From positions 1 to 16,361 of the forward strand of contig JAWBSP010000022.1 of assembly GCA_038842485.1 (NCBI GenBank): 16,361 bases of DNA. Reading direction: 5' to 3'. The stretch comes from Candidatus Hadarchaeales archaeon (GTDB lineage: Archaea; Hadarchaeota; Hadarchaeia; Hadarchaeales; JAWBSP01). A program made the position numbers and the translations under genes. A model generated the notes under the pieces. It searched no databases. It saw nothing but the letters and a program-made list of their open reading frames with translations, and had not been told where the DNA came from. This document shows positions 16,067-16,361 of this stretch, one piece after another. Each line of letters opens with the position of its first letter. Position 1 is the stretch's first letter.

Positions 16067-16361
16067 TCCTGCTTGCCTCAAGATCCCCGCGGAGGATATC
16101 CCTCCTCAGGCTGCTTGGGGTCGAGTTCGAGTCCCGCGAGCCACCCGAGCCCGAGCTTCCGCACTTCTCCCCCCTGCCAGCTCAGCTCGCGGAGAGGAGG
16201 GCGGTAGCCAAGGTACTTCACTTCAGAGACACGGGAATCGTGGTCGCGGCAGACACGCTTGTGGTGAAAGAGGGAAGGATATATCCGAAACCCAGAACCG
16301 GGGAAGAGGCCGCCAACATCCTCAGGGAGCTGAGGGGAGGCACACACATGGTGATAACGGG
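16063..16361 (+). CDS. maf: Maf-family nucleotide pyrophosphatase, 5' part, runs off the window (absent from the ORF track)
   Basis: ATGA overlap with the upstream stop. Manual translation: MILLASRSPRRISLLRLLG...AERRAVAKV...VVAADTLVVKEGRIYPKPRTGEEAANILRELRGGTHMVIT. Confidence 0.92.
   Translation, partial: MILLASRSPRRISLLRLLGVEFESREPPEPELPHFSPLPAQLAERRAVAKVLHFRDTGIVVAADTLVVKEGRIYPKPRTGEEAANILRELRGGTHMVIT

Noticed and set aside
15215-16081. Long antisense or alternate-frame ORFs (also 7556-8269, 6024-6662, 4453-5007, 2981-3517, 1433-1960)
   Set aside because: Shadows of well-supported genes in GC-rich DNA, with no recognisable motifs.

Overview
Archaeal chromosomal window with GGAGGTGA-type RBS, BRE/TATA promoters, a CCA-less tRNA and archaeal-type DacZ, LeuCD and split fumarase. 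GC-rich coding sequence; a Hadarchaea-like lineage is my unverified guess. Left to right: a 963-aa S-layer-like surface protein; a minus-strand fumarase/tartrate dehydratase alpha-beta pair followed by a diadenylate cyclase; a divergent ilvD-leuC-leuD-nitroreductase block; a structured ~290-bp spacer; leuB with two membrane proteins and a DUF5615 PIN protein; a second surface protein; an AbrB/MazE pseudogene missed by the ORF track; tRNA-Leu(UAG); a 69-aa C4HC3 zinc-finger protein; a flavin reductase; an RlmD/RumA-type m5U methyltransferase; and a partial Maf gene. The strongest unexplained signal: in three unrelated exported proteins about two thirds of Asn residues (64/95, hand count) are directly preceded by Asp or Glu, versus 7/42 in four cytoplasmic enzymes. 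This suggests a [D/E]-N signal for a modification of exported proteins, such as a non-canonical N-glycosylation sequon. Also notable are a PHD-finger-like archaeal microprotein, a LeuB with an NADP-type KY motif, and a candidate ncRNA or operator array upstream of leuB.
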